From NCBI GenBank assembly GCA_963767475.1, contig CAVYEI010000002.1, positions 456,851 to 520,850 of the forward strand: a stretch of DNA of 64,000 bases, read 5' to 3'. Of the stretch, positions 27,532 through 37,685 are shown piece by piece (position 1 is the first letter of the stretch; each line of letters starts with the position of its first letter). This DNA is from an uncultured Solirubrobacterales bacterium (lineage in GTDB: Bacteria; Actinomycetota; Thermoleophilia; Solirubrobacterales; 70-9). The notes below the pieces were generated by a model. It did no database searches and was not told the DNA's origin. It worked only from the letters and a program-made list of their open reading frames with translations. The position numbers and the translations under genes are program-made.

Positions 27532-29171
27532 CCGACCAGGGATGTACTGGCCATTGGGATTCGAACCCCATGGCGGTCCGCGGCCTCGACGGCCTCGCTA
27601 TAGCCGGCGTCCGCGTGGCGCAGGATCCCGGTCAAGGGATCGGCAGCAAGGGTGCGCTCGATCCGATCCCCGGCCTCCCGAGTCCCGTCGGCGACGATCA
27701 CCTGGCCGGCGTGAAGGGACTTGCCCATACCGACGCCCCCTCCATGGTGGAAAGAGACCCAACTCGCCCCGCAGGCGGTATTAACCAAGGCATTGAGTAT
27801 CGGCCAATCCGCGATGGCGTCGGAGCCGTCTCGCATGGCCTCGGTCTCACGCTCCGGCGATGCCACCGAACCAGCGTCGAGGTGATCTCGTCCGATCACG
27901 ATCGGGCCGCGCAACTCGCCGCTCGCGACCATCTCGTTGAACCGCATCCCGGCCAAATGCCGCTCGCCATAGCCGAGCCAGCAGATGCGAGCGGGGAGGC
28001 CTTGGAAGCTGACCGTCTCGCGGGCCTTGCGGATCCAGTCGACGATGTGCTCTTGGTCGGCGAAGAGCTTCAGAAGGGCCTCGTCGGTGCGATAGATGTC
28101 CTGTGGGTCGCCCGAAAGTGCCACCCAGCGAAATGGGCCCTTGCCCTCGCAGAAGAGTGGGCGGATGTATGCCGGGACAAAGCCCGGATACTCGAACGCC
28201 TCCCCGTCTCCGTGGTCGGCCGCCAGTCCTCGCAATGCGTTGCCGTAGTCGAACGCCTGAGCGCCATTGCGGCCCAGCTCCCGAATCGCGGCGACGTGAC
28301 CAAGGACGCTCTCCCCCACTTGCCGCAGGTACTCGTCCGGGTCCCGCTCCCGGAGTGCGGCTCCCTGCTCGGGCGTCAGCCCGGCCGGGAGGTATCCGTT
28401 AAGCGGATCGTGGGCGCTGGTCTGGTCGGTGACAACGTCGACCTCGACCCCGCGCCGTAGCAACTCGGGGAGGACATCCGCGGCATTTCCGAGGAGCCCG
28501 ATCGACAGTGGCCGCCCGGCGCGGCGAGCCGCCTCGAGCCGGGCGAGGGCGTCATCAAGGCTGACAGCGCGTTCGTCGAGGTACCCAGTCTTGATCCTGC
28601 GCTCGATCCGCTGCACGTCGACCTCGATGCAGAGCGCCGTGCCGCCGCAGAGGGTCACCGCCAACGGCTGCGCTCCGCCCATGCCTCCGAGGCCGGCCGT
28701 GACGACGGTGCGGCCGGTCAGGTCGCCGCCGAAGTGCTGGCGGGCGATCGCCGCGAACGTCTCGTAGGTCCCCTGCAGAATTCCCTGACTCCCGATGTAG
28801 ATCCAGGACCCTGCTGTCATCTGCCCGTACATCGTCAGGCCGGCCGCGTCGAGCTCACGGAAGCTGTCCCACGTCGCCCAGGCGGGCACCAGATTCGAAT
28901 TGGCGATCAGCACCCGCGGTGCCCCTTCGTGGGTCGCCACCACCCCGACCGGCTTCCCGGACTGAACCAGCAGCGTTTCTTCGTTCCCGAGTCGCTGGAG
29001 TTCGGCAACGATCGCCTGATAGCACTCCTTATTCCGGGCAGCCTTCCCGATGCCGCCGTAAACGACCAGCCGGTCGGGATCCTCGGCGACGTCCGGATGC
29101 AGGTTGTTCTCGAGCATCCGCAGGGCGGCCTCTTGTACCCAGCCCTTGCAGCGCAGACCCGAAGCCGTCAT
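27528..29171 (-). CDS. hutU: Urocanate hydratase
   Basis: 547 aa. [19 protein letters not shown] site. Urocanase pattern is present throughout. Confidence 0.9.
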   Translation of the reverse strand: MTASGLRCKGWVQEAALRMLENNLHPDVAEDPDRLVVYGGIGKAARNKECYQAIVAELQRLGNEETLLVQSGKPVGVVATHEGAPRVLIANSNLVPAWATWDSFRELDAAGLTMYGQMTAGSWIYIGSQGILQGTYETFAAIARQHFGGDLTGRTVVTAGLGGMGGAQPLAVTLCGGTALCIEVDVQRIERRIKTGYLDERAVSLDDALARLEAARRAGRPLSIGLLGNAADVLPELLRRGVEVDVVTDQTSAHDPLNGYLPAGLTPEQGAALRERDPDEYLRQVGESVLGHVAAIRELGRNGAQAFDYGNALRGLAADHGDGEAFEYPGFVPAYIRPLFCEGKGPFRWVALSGDPQDIYRTDEALLKLFADQEHIVDWIRKARETVSFQGLPARICWLGYGERHLAGMRFNEMVASGELRGPIVIGRDHLDAGSVASPERETEAMRDGSDAIADWPILNALVNTACGASWVSFHHGGGVGMGKSLHAGQVIVADGTREAGDRIERTLAADPLTGILRHADAGYSEAVEAADRHGVRIPMASTSLVG

Positions 29172-29947
29172 TGAGTCACCTGCAGCGACTCAGCTCGAAT
29201 CGCGTCGAGGAGCTCGGCCTTCGGTCCCAGGAAAGCTGGGTCCGAGACCATCTCTGGGGCGCGCGGGCGCGGCAGGTCGACCTCGATCTCAGCCTTGATG
29301 CGGCCGGGACGGTTAGTCATGACCAAAACGCGGTCCGAGATGTAGATCGCCTCCTCGACGTCATGCGTAACAAAGAGAACCGTGAGCCGATGCTGCTCCC
29401 AGACCGAGGTCAGGAGCTCCTGCATGAGCTGCCGGGTCAAGGCATCGAGCGCGCCGAACGGCTCGTCCATGAGCAGGACCAGCGGGTGGTAAGACAGGGC
29501 CCGAGCAATCGCGACACGCTGACGCATGCCGCCTGATAGCTGGTTGGGAAGAGCGTCGGCGAAGTCCTCCAACCCGACCATGCTCAGGTGAGCGTCGGCA
29601 ATCTCCCGCCTTTCGGCCTTCGATGAGCAGCTGTCGCGCAGAGCGAACTCGATGTTCTGGCGCGCAGTGAGCCAGGGGAACAATGTGTAGGACTGGAAGA
29701 CGACGCCACGGTCGCGCCCTGGCCCGACGACCAGCTCACCGTCGACGCGCACCTCCCCGGCGGACGGCTCCTCGAGCCCGGCGACGATCGACAGAAGCGT
29801 GCTCTTGCCGCAACCGGACGTGCCGACGAGGGTGACGAACTCATTCGTTGCCACGGAAAGCGTGGCATCGCTCAGAGCTTCGACCTCCGACTTTTTGTCG
29901 GCGAACGTCTTGCCGATGCCTCGAACGTCCAGCTTCGTATCGGTCAT
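29168..29947 (-). CDS. ABC transporter ATP-binding protein (NitT/TauT family type)
   Basis: Walker [10 protein letters not shown], signature LSGGMRQRV, Walker [12 protein letters not shown]. Confidence 0.9.
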   Translation of the reverse strand: MTDTKLDVRGIGKTFADKKSEVEALSDATLSVATNEFVTLVGTSGCGKSTLLSIVAGLEEPSAGEVRVDGELVVGPGRDRGVVFQSYTLFPWLTARQNIEFALRDSCSSKAERREIADAHLSMVGLEDFADALPNQLSGGMRQRVAIARALSYHPLVLLMDEPFGALDALTRQLMQELLTSVWEQHRLTVLFVTHDVEEAIYISDRVLVMTNRPGRIKAEIEVDLPRPRAPEMVSDPAFLGPKAELLDAIRAESLQVTQ

Positions 29948-30831
29948 CGCCGCTCCTCCGCCCAGGAGAAGAGCCGTTTGCCGCTCGCCTTCATCAACTG
30001 ATCTGTGAGTAGGCCGAGCACACCGAGCACCAACAGGTAGCCGATGATCGTCTCGGTCTCGAAGAAGCGCTGAGCGGTCACGATCCGGTATCCCAGTCCC
30101 GAGGTCGCGGCGACTAGCTCTGCGAGAACCAGCCAGGTCCAGGCCCAGCCGAGGCTGATCCTCATCGAATCCCAGATTCCTGGGCCTGCGGCCCGGACGA
30201 TGATCCGGCTCAGGATTGCCCGATCCTTGAGACCCAGGGTGCGCCCGACGTCGATGAAATCGCCCGGAATCCGCCGGACGTTGTCCATGATCAGCAGGAC
30301 CTGCTGGAAGAAGGTCCCGAGCCAGATGATCAGGAACTTCTGGGTTTCGTCGGTTCCCACCCAGACGATCGTCAGAGGCACAAATGCGACGACCGGCATG
30401 TAGCGGACGAAGTCCACGAGCGGCTCCAGCGCAGCCTCCCAGATTCGGTAAGAGCCCGCCAGGACACCGAGCGGGATTGCCATCGCAGTCGCGATGGAGA
30501 ACCCGATCAAGATGCGATAGGAGCTGATCCCGATGTCTGACCAGAGCGTCCCGTCTTTGGCCAGCTCCACCAGCCGGTTGACGACGTCGCCGGGCCCGGG
30601 CAGGAACAACTCGTCCACCCAGCCCGCAGACGTGGCCACGTACCAGACGATGATCAGGGTGACGAAGACCGAGCTCGCCACACCCACCCAGGCGCGTGTG
30701 GACATCGAGCCACGCAGCGCCAGCGACCCCCGCTGGCGCTGCGCCCGGCGGCGGGGCTGAGCTGTGGTGGCCTCAGCCGCCGGCTTGGAGGAGGCGGGGT
30801 TGGCCTCCGTTGGGCTCGAAACCGGAGTCAC
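29944..30831 (-). CDS. ABC transporter permease
   Basis: 295 aa and polytopic, with an EAA-like loop (GRTLGLKDRAILSRIIVRAAGPGI). Confidence 0.85.
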   Translation of the reverse strand: MTPVSSPTEANPASSKPAAEATTAQPRRRAQRQRGSLALRGSMSTRAWVGVASSVFVTLIIVWYVATSAGWVDELFLPGPGDVVNRLVELAKDGTLWSDIGISSYRILIGFSIATAMAIPLGVLAGSYRIWEAALEPLVDFVRYMPVVAFVPLTIVWVGTDETQKFLIIWLGTFFQQVLLIMDNVRRIPGDFIDVGRTLGLKDRAILSRIIVRAAGPGIWDSMRISLGWAWTWLVLAELVAATSGLGYRIVTAQRFFETETIIGYLLVLGVLGLLTDQLMKASGKRLFSWAEERR

Positions 30832-31871
30832 TACTTACTCGCCGCCTCGACGAACGCCGGATCGATCAGGCCGTCGTAGTCAGGCTCAGCGCTCAGGATG
30901 CCGGCGTCCACGCCGACTTGAGCAACGGCCGGAACCGTCTCGTCTGCAAACGAGCCCGTCAACTCGGTCTTGTTCTGCTGGAGGTCGAAGAACTCGACGC
31001 CCTTGAACGCCGTCTCGAGGTCGGCGACGCTGGCGCCGACGCCCTCGGCGATGATGGCCTGCGCGGCTTCAGGATCGGAGCGATAGAACTCGATCGCCTT
31101 GTTCCAGGCCCGCATCAGGCCCGCGATCTGCCCTGGTCGCTCGCTGAGTGCGTCGCCACTCGCGATCAGCACGTCGCTGATCAACCCGGGCTTCTCGCCA
31201 GCGGTGTAGAGCAACTTGAACGACGAATTCTCGTTGAGGGCCGTGGTCAGATACGGCTCGTACGTGACGGCCGCGGGCACCCGTCCGGCGATGGCAGCGC
31301 TACCGGCATCAGCCGCGGGCAGCGGCACCTTTTCGACGTCGTCGATCGTCAGCCCTTCCTGTTGGAGGGCGTAGCGGAGGAGGATGTCGCTGGTGGTTCC
31401 CTCTTCGTAGGCCACGCGCTGGCCCTCGAGGTCGGCGATGGAACTGATGTCGGGACCGGCCAGCACTGCGTCAGCCGTCGTCGAGACGTCCTCCAGCAGC
31501 ACGATCTTGGCCTCCAGGCCAGCTTCAATCAGCTTGAGAGCGGTGTGCGTGGCGACGTTGGAGACCGCCATCTTCCCACTCGCGAATGCCGAGTTCAGGT
31601 CGTTGTCGGTGGTGAAGTTCGTCAACTCCACGTCGAGGCCCTCATCGGCGAAGTACCCCTCCGCCTGGGCCACGTACCACGGCCCGTAACCGATCCAGGG
31701 CTGGATGCCCATCTGAATCGTGCCGCTCTCGGGCTCTGCCGGGATCTCCCCTACGGGACCCGCGGGCTCGGCGTCATTGCTGCCGCAGGCCACCAGGGTC
31801 GCTGCGAACACGATCAGGGCCGCCAACAGAGCGAGCGGCCTCTTGCCGTCACGTCGCTTCACGCACGTCAC
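30831..31871 (-). CDS. ABC transporter substrate-binding lipoprotein (NMT1/THI5-like, sulfonate/nitrate/taurine type)
   Basis: Lipobox LVACGS. Periplasmic-binding-protein pattern. Confidence 0.75.
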   Translation of the reverse strand: MTCVKRRDGKRPLALLAALIVFAATLVACGSNDAEPAGPVGEIPAEPESGTIQMGIQPWIGYGPWYVAQAEGYFADEGLDVELTNFTTDNDLNSAFASGKMAVSNVATHTALKLIEAGLEAKIVLLEDVSTTADAVLAGPDISSIADLEGQRVAYEEGTTSDILLRYALQQEGLTIDDVEKVPLPAADAGSAAIAGRVPAAVTYEPYLTTALNENSSFKLLYTAGEKPGLISDVLIASGDALSERPGQIAGLMRAWNKAIEFYRSDPEAAQAIIAEGVGASVADLETAFKGVEFFDLQQNKTELTGSFADETVPAVAQVGVDAGILSAEPDYDGLIDPAFVEAASK

Positions 31872-33216
31872 CTCCTGTCGCTACTAGTCCAGCGGCGCGG
31901 ATTCGCGCCGCTGCTGCATGAGCCGGGAAGCCCTCCCACTCGGCGAGTGCCAGGGTTGCGCTGCTCAGCCTCTCCATACCCCCCTTATCGAGACGGGCGA
32001 TGGATACGGTCTTAGTGAAGGTCTCGGCCGTAACGCCCGACGAGACCCGAGCGAAGCGGTTCGTCGGCAGAGCGGCCGGCACGCCGATCGTGTAGTTGGC
32101 CGCCGCGAACGGTGTGTCCTGACCGATCAGAATCTCGGCGGCGTGGTGGAGCTCTGGGACCATCCGCTCCGGATTTTTAATCGCAAGCTGGAGGTGCTCG
32201 GGCGCGTAGGTGTTGGCGAACTCGACCGCGCTCGCGAGATCGTCAACCAACACGGCGCCTCCGACCCGGCCAACCGCGGCAAGCGCGTAACTCCGGCGTG
32301 GCTCGGGGAGGGCCGCGAGCTGCTCGGCGACGGCGCCTTGGACGGCCTCGACGAGGTCGCGGTCCACCGTAACCAGGATCGCCGCCGAGTCACTCCCGTG
32401 CTCGGCCTCGCTGAGAAGATCCGCCGCGACAAGACGCGGGTCCGCAGATGCATCAGCAATGATCATGCTCTCAGTCGGACCGAGCACCATCACCGTCGCG
32501 GTTCCGTAGCGCTGGACCTCCATCTGAGCGATCTGGACGGGAGTGCTCCCGGGACCGAGGACCTTAACCGCCTGGGGGATGGTCCTCGTACCGAAAGCGA
32601 GCGCGGCGATCCCGGCCGGGCCGTTGGTCCGAAACACGCGGGCGATGCCCAGCTCCGACGCCACGGCAAGAACGGCCGGGTCAACCCGTCCGTGCTGGCC
32701 CGGGACAGGCGGCACCACGATCGCAATGTCCGGAACGCCGGCGACGACCGCCGGTGTCGCGATCTGGATCAGCGACGAAGGATAGGAGCCCTTGCCACTG
32801 GGAACGAACAGGCCGGCGCTTGGGATCGGCACCACACGCTGCCCGACCTCCACGCCCGGCTCAAGCTCACGGAGCCAGTTCCGCTCACCGAGTGCGAACC
32901 CGTTGAAGGCGCGTACGCGCCCAATCGATGCGCGGATGGCATCGAGGAGGTCGTCCGAAATCTCCGTCTCGGCCCGGGCGAACTCATCCTCGGTCACCTC
33001 GAGGCCGCCGGGATCGACCGAGCACCCGTCGAACTCGAAAAGTGCTCGAGAGACGGCGTCGTCGCCGTTGTTCCGGACGTCCTCGATCAGGCGCCGGATG
33101 GCTGCGACCAGATCGGGGTCGAGCCCATCGCGCCCACGGCTGAGCAGGTGCTCCCGGCCGGCGGAATCGAGTTCTCGCCAGTTGATGACACGCACTGGCC
33201 CCACCGTCGAGCTCAT
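31849..33216 (-). CDS. Histidinol dehydrogenase family protein, non-canonical subfamily (paralog 1)
   Basis: 455 aa. LGPTESMIIADASADPRLVAADLLSEAEHGSDS aligns to the HisD signature, but with E in place of Q before AEH. Confidence 0.75.
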   Translation of the reverse strand: MSSTVGPVRVINWRELDSAGREHLLSRGRDGLDPDLVAAIRRLIEDVRNNGDDAVSRALFEFDGCSVDPGGLEVTEDEFARAETEISDDLLDAIRASIGRVRAFNGFALGERNWLRELEPGVEVGQRVVPIPSAGLFVPSGKGSYPSSLIQIATPAVVAGVPDIAIVVPPVPGQHGRVDPAVLAVASELGIARVFRTNGPAGIAALAFGTRTIPQAVKVLGPGSTPVQIAQMEVQRYGTATVMVLGPTESMIIADASADPRLVAADLLSEAEHGSDSAAILVTVDRDLVEAVQGAVAEQLAALPEPRRSYALAAVGRVGGAVLVDDLASAVEFANTYAPEHLQLAIKNPERMVPELHHAAEILIGQDTPFAAANYTIGVPAALPTNRFARVSSGVTAETFTKTVSIARLDKGGMERLSSATLALAEWEGFPAHAAAARIRAAGLVATGGDVREAT

Positions 33217-34526
33217 GGATAAAGACCTCGTGTGTCGTGGGCCTCGGCGACCCGCTGCACCGCGAGAAGCATCGCCGCGTCACGCAATGAAAGGCAACGC
33301 TCGCCGGCGACCGCGAGGACCGCCCGGCAGGCCGCATCGAGCTGCTCGGTGACGCGCCGATAGACCTCCTCGTCTGAGAACGCCCGTCCGTTGGCCTCCT
33401 GGAGGGCTTCCAGGTGACTCGCTATTACTCCCCCGGCATTCGCGAGGATGTCGGGGACCACCACGACTCCGGCCTCGCCCAAGAGGCGATCGGCGGCCAC
33501 GGAGATCGGGCCGTTGGCGGCCTCGACGACGATCCCCGCTTTGACGCCAGGCGCATTGGCGTCGCCGATCACGCCGGCAACGGAGGCCGGGATGAGCACG
33601 TCGCAGTCGGCTTCCAGCACTGACTCGCGATCGACAGGCTCGCCGGCACTGCTCGTCATCACCGTCCCATGCTCGCCGGCGGCGCTAAGCAGTGCGGCGT
33701 GATCGAGGCCATCCGGATCGAGGCGCCCCCCAGCCACGTCCGACACCGCGACGAGGCGAAAATCACCTCGCTCGGCCAGCGCCTGGGCCGCGGCCCGTCC
33801 GACCTCCCCGAAGCCGGCAATCGCAACTCGAATCGGCTTCGGCACCCGATGTTGGTTGCAGATCACCTCGAGCAGATGAGCGACACCGTGGCCCGTGGCC
33901 GTGCGGCGTACATCGGTCCCCCCCACGATCACCGGCTTGCCGGTGACCGGCGAACCAAAGGCACCTCCAGCCAGAGAGCGATATGTATCAAGGATCCACG
34001 CCATCTCCCGCGCGCCGGTTCCGATATCTGGCGCCAGCACGTCGCGGCCCGGACCGATTATCGGGGCGACCTCGCTCGCGTAACGCCTTGTGATCCGCTC
34101 GAGCTCATACGGAGTGTGGCTTTCCGGCGCGCAGCGGACGGCTCCCTTGGCGCCGCCGAACGGAATATCGGCCAAAGCGCATTTCCAGGTCATGCGCATC
34201 GCCAAAGCCTTGGTCTCGTCGAGAGACGCGAGATCGTGATAGCGGAGCCCGCCCTTCGCCGGACCCCGGGTCAGGCTGTGCTGGACCCGGTACCCGCGAA
34301 ACGTCTTGACCTCTCCTGAGTCGAGACGCACCGGAAGACTGACTTCAAGCGAGCGCCGTGGTCGCCTGAGGAACTCGCGCTGGCCGTCGTCGAGGTCGAG
34401 CAGATCGGCAGCGCGCGCGAACTGCGCTTCTGCCTCGCTGAGGTCGGCTGTCCCGAGGCGGTCAGCATCGGCCGCCTCCACCAGGGGAACGGGCTGAGCT
34501 ACGGGGCTGGGCGGTGCGGAAGTCAC
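33213..34526 (-). CDS. Glu/Leu/Phe/Val dehydrogenase family protein
   Basis: 437 aa. ALADIPFGGAKGAV catalytic-Lys box. Rossmann motif IAGFGEVGRAAA. GTG start is uncertain. Confidence 0.8.
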   Translation of the reverse strand: MTSAPPSPVAQPVPLVEAADADRLGTADLSEAEAQFARAADLLDLDDGQREFLRRPRRSLEVSLPVRLDSGEVKTFRGYRVQHSLTRGPAKGGLRYHDLASLDETKALAMRMTWKCALADIPFGGAKGAVRCAPESHTPYELERITRRYASEVAPIIGPGRDVLAPDIGTGAREMAWILDTYRSLAGGAFGSPVTGKPVIVGGTDVRRTATGHGVAHLLEVICNQHRVPKPIRVAIAGFGEVGRAAAQALAERGDFRLVAVSDVAGGRLDPDGLDHAALLSAAGEHGTVMTSSAGEPVDRESVLEADCDVLIPASVAGVIGDANAPGVKAGIVVEAANGPISVAADRLLGEAGVVVVPDILANAGGVIASHLEALQEANGRAFSDEEVYRRVTEQLDAACRAVLAVAGERCLSLRDAAMLLAVQRVAEAHDTRGLYP

Positions 34527-34567
34527 TGCTTGAAAGGTTGCGGGGCGGATAGGACGACCTCAGATAT

Positions 34568-34599
34568 GGGATACCGTCCAATTCGACAGTCGGTATCCC
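34568..34599. promoter_or_regulatory. Perfect 9-bp inverted repeat GGGATACCG-N14-CGGTATCCC in a divergent intergenic region
   Basis: Lies between the minus-strand operon start (34526) and the plus-strand IclR gene (34661). Candidate operator. Confidence 0.4.
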
Positions 34600-34660
34600 A
34601 TCGCGTCAAACATGCCTTGTCAAGGGCATCTTGCGCCGAATCTGCTTATATATGGAAAGG

Positions 34661-35524
34661 ATGGTGGTCTCAAGCGGATCGGCGGACCGGGCGCTGGAGA
34701 TACTGACCGACCTATCCGAGAGGGCCCTGCCGGTCGCGACAACGGTCCTATCGCGCGAGCATGGGATTCCCCGCTCCAGCCTGCATCGGCTGCTGCACGG
34801 CTTGGAGGCGCGCGGGCTGGCACGCTACGACGAGAACTCGCGAGGTTGGGTGCTTGGGTCCGAGGCCGCAGCGCTGGTCCCGGGCGTTGTGACGCTGGAC
34901 GATGGTCTCAGCGTCCTCGAAGCTTTCGACCGACAGACTCTCGATCTCGACCCCGACACGATCGCCGAGCGCAGCGGCCTGGACGCCGAACGAGTTCGCC
35001 GCGTCGCCCGGCAGCTCGAGAGCCACCGGCTCCTGACGAGAGACGGCACCGGCTACACGCTCGGCCCGCACCTGGCCGCGCTCGCTGCGCGGTTCGAACC
35101 GTTCGAACAGTTGCGGGCGGCAGCGCGACCCGTGCTGACGGATCTTCGAGATGCCACCGGCGAGACCGCCAGTCTGGTGATCCGCGACGGGAACTACGCG
35201 GTGTATCTGGATCAGGCCGAGAGCCGGCATGCACTGCGCCATGCGGGCTGGGCCGGTCGGTCGATTCCGCTGGAGGGCACCGCCGCCGGCGCCGCCCTGT
35301 CCGGTCGGGGCCGCGGCCCGCACGAGGCGACCGACGCGGTCGAGATCGGCGTGGCCGCCATCGCGCAGGCTGTTCGGTACCCACCGATCGGGGCCGCGGC
35401 CGTAAGCCTGATCGCCCCAGCTTCCCGACTCATGGGACAAGCGCGGCTGGACGCGCGCGCCGCCGTAGCGGAGGCAGCAGATGAAGTCGTGGCCCGGCTG
35501 GAGCGGAGTGCTCAGTCAAGCTGA
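34661..35524 (+). CDS. IclR family transcriptional regulator
   Basis: SD GGAAAGGA before the ATG at 34661 (alternative ATG at 34652). wHTH RALEILTDLSERALPVATTVLSREHGIPRSSLHRLLHGLEARGL. Confidence 0.8.
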   Translation: MVVSSGSADRALEILTDLSERALPVATTVLSREHGIPRSSLHRLLHGLEARGLARYDENSRGWVLGSEAAALVPGVVTLDDGLSVLEAFDRQTLDLDPDTIAERSGLDAERVRRVARQLESHRLLTRDGTGYTLGPHLAALAARFEPFEQLRAAARPVLTDLRDATGETASLVIRDGNYAVYLDQAESRHALRHAGWAGRSIPLEGTAAGAALSGRGRGPHEATDAVEIGVAAIAQAVRYPPIGAAAVSLIAPASRLMGQARLDARAAVAEAADEVVARLERSAQSS

Positions 35525-35534
35525 CGCTGAGGCG

Positions 35535-37685
35535 TCATGCGACCAAGAACCGATCGAGAACATTCTTGGTGATGCGCGCCACGTTGTTCTGGTATCGCGA
35601 GTGGGACAGGGCGCTTGTCCAGGAGATAGACCCGACCGAAAACACGAATCCGTTTCCGGGCGTTTCGAACAGCACCATGTCGGCGCGGATGAACGGATCG
35701 GAGGTGAGAGGAACGTAGTCCTGGAAGCCACGCGCTCGGGCGAGCACCAACGCATGGTCCGGCGAGCCGAGGAGAGGGTCGAGGCCATCCACCTCGTACC
35801 CGGCAGCCCCGCCGAAGCCCAGGCCAAAGTCGCCGATCGCCTCGTCGTCGCCGATGCCCTCGAACACGAACGCGGCCCGCGGGTCGAAGCTGTCGGCCTG
35901 GCGCTTGTAGAACGTCGCACCGCAAAAGCCCATGCCGACCGACTCGACGCCGACGAGCGCGCGTGGCGTCTCCTTGCGCTGCGACCAACGGCCGCCCGGC
36001 TCACCCGTAGCGGCGAGACGCCCTTCGCCGGGCTCGCTCTCCCAGAGGTCGGCGTGGCCGAGCGACCGCCGAACCTCGGTGACGTGGTCTCGCTCGGGAT
36101 GAACCCCGGTCACCATCGTGAACCCGTTGCCCCCCAGGTACATCAGCCGTCCGCCCGCGCCGAGATAGCCGTCCAGCGCCCTCATCTGCGAGTGGGTGGT
36201 GTATTCCGGATGACTTCCGGTGAGCACGGTCCGGTAGCGGCCGAGGAGGTCGTCCCCATGTTCGTGCACGTCCTCGTCGACGATCAGGTCGTGCGGGACC
36301 CGCTCATGGCGCAGCCAGTCGAGCAGGTAGAGGTCCGCGCCGAGGCCGTGCGGCGCTCCCGTCAGCCAGTAGCGATATGAGGGCCGTAGGCTTGGAAGGG
36401 GCCGGAGGCGGGAGGCGTGAACCACGCCCGAGCCGTCCTCGTGACGGTTGTATTGACTGAGCAGCCCGGTGGCAGCGACGTAGTGATCGTCTTCGCTCTC
36501 GATCACTGGGTCGAAAGGGGGCACGATGCGCTCGCCGGCGTATGCGAGATAGGTAAACGTCGGCAGCCAGACCGCGACCGCGGCCTTGGGCTCGCGCGAC
36601 CGGACCAGGAATGGGACCCTGTCGGTAGCACCTGACTCGGTTTCGAGCCGCAGTGCGTAGACGCCCGACTCGAGCTCCGGGAGTTTGATGCCGACATCGC
36701 TCTCCCACCCTGCATCCTCGAGATCGTCGGCGTGAAAGTGAATCGCCGCATACTCGGCCGGGGCCAGGCGCCAGTCGTAGGCCTGCCCCGACCACAAGTG
36801 TCCGGTCACCGCTCTCGTCGGCATGTTCACCAGGTCGGCATGCCATGAGTTGGCGCCGCAGTCGACGACTCGAGCCGTAGGTATCCCGATCGAGAAATCC
36901 CACGCCGCAAGAACGCCTTGAGAGGCTCTGTACTCACCTGCGGCGCTAAGACGTCGGATCTCCTCCGGCGCCGCCGCGCGCTCGAGAACGACTGGGGCCT
37001 CGAGCTTGCCGTCAAAGTGCCCCCGGGGGCGGCGGTCGCGATCCAAATGAGCGGCGATCAGATAGGGAAGCCCGTCCGCATCCAGCCTTTCGGAGCTGCA
37101 GCCTGTCGTTCTGCGGCTCGCGCTCTCCACAAACCCCGGCACGGTGGATTCCGGCTCGTGGTGGATCGCGGCCACCCCGTCGAGTCGCTCGAAGGTCGCG
37201 ATGACGAGATGCCACATTCGAGGCGCCAACGCGCGCTCGGTGCGGACGGCCGTGTGGCCGCCGATGATGAGCGCGACGTCGCCTTCGGGCATGAGGAACA
37301 AGCCATAGCCGCGTGACGAGCCGGGGCTCTCGAGCCACCTGGCCAGAAGGGCCTGCTTGCGGCCGCCGGGGCGGGTGGCGTAGACCCGGACGGCGAGAGA
37401 GAGAGCGTCGGGCGTCGGGCTGGAGGCACTTTCGCGAGCCACGGCATACGAGCCACGATCGATGCCCTGGAGCCGGGCCGCGTGGCTTGAGCCATATCCC
37501 GTGATCGGCTCTTCAACCGAGCCAGGCCCATCGGCCGAGGTGTCGCCGTGGAGCAGGCGCACCAGGCCCGCCTCGTACGGTTCGGGACTGCTGACCATAA
37601 AGCGCAAACGCTCGCCCGGCGCGGCGACCAGCGCGTCCGCGTATCCGGTCAGCTTGTCGCCGGCGCCCCGATGATCGGCAGTCAA
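35535..37685 (-). CDS. Large hypothetical protein, N,N-dimethylformamidase large-subunit-like
   Basis: 716 aa. The N-terminus LTGYADALVAAPGERLRFMVSS resembles, from memory, the start of DMFase beta-subunit family proteins. 4-nt overlap with the hutI stop. Assignment made without a search. Confidence 0.45.
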   Translation of the reverse strand: MTADHRGAGDKLTGYADALVAAPGERLRFMVSSPEPYEAGLVRLLHGDTSADGPGSVEEPITGYGSSHAARLQGIDRGSYAVARESASSPTPDALSLAVRVYATRPGGRKQALLARWLESPGSSRGYGLFLMPEGDVALIIGGHTAVRTERALAPRMWHLVIATFERLDGVAAIHHEPESTVPGFVESASRRTTGCSSERLDADGLPYLIAAHLDRDRRPRGHFDGKLEAPVVLERAAAPEEIRRLSAAGEYRASQGVLAAWDFSIGIPTARVVDCGANSWHADLVNMPTRAVTGHLWSGQAYDWRLAPAEYAAIHFHADDLEDAGWESDVGIKLPELESGVYALRLETESGATDRVPFLVRSREPKAAVAVWLPTFTYLAYAGERIVPPFDPVIESEDDHYVAATGLLSQYNRHEDGSGVVHASRLRPLPSLRPSYRYWLTGAPHGLGADLYLLDWLRHERVPHDLIVDEDVHEHGDDLLGRYRTVLTGSHPEYTTHSQMRALDGYLGAGGRLMYLGGNGFTMVTGVHPERDHVTEVRRSLGHADLWESEPGEGRLAATGEPGGRWSQRKETPRALVGVESVGMGFCGATFYKRQADSFDPRAAFVFEGIGDDEAIGDFGLGFGGAAGYEVDGLDPLLGSPDHALVLARARGFQDYVPLTSDPFIRADMVLFETPGNGFVFSVGSISWTSALSHSRYQNNVARITKNVLDRFLVA

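Noticed and set aside
27556-27569. GGGATTCGAACCCC, the reverse complement of a tRNA T-arm-like GGGGTTCGAATCCC.
   Set aside because: It lies inside the hutU coding frame (HGVRIPMAS). The flanking bases do not form a T-stem, acceptor stem or anticodon arm. It is a coincidental motif.
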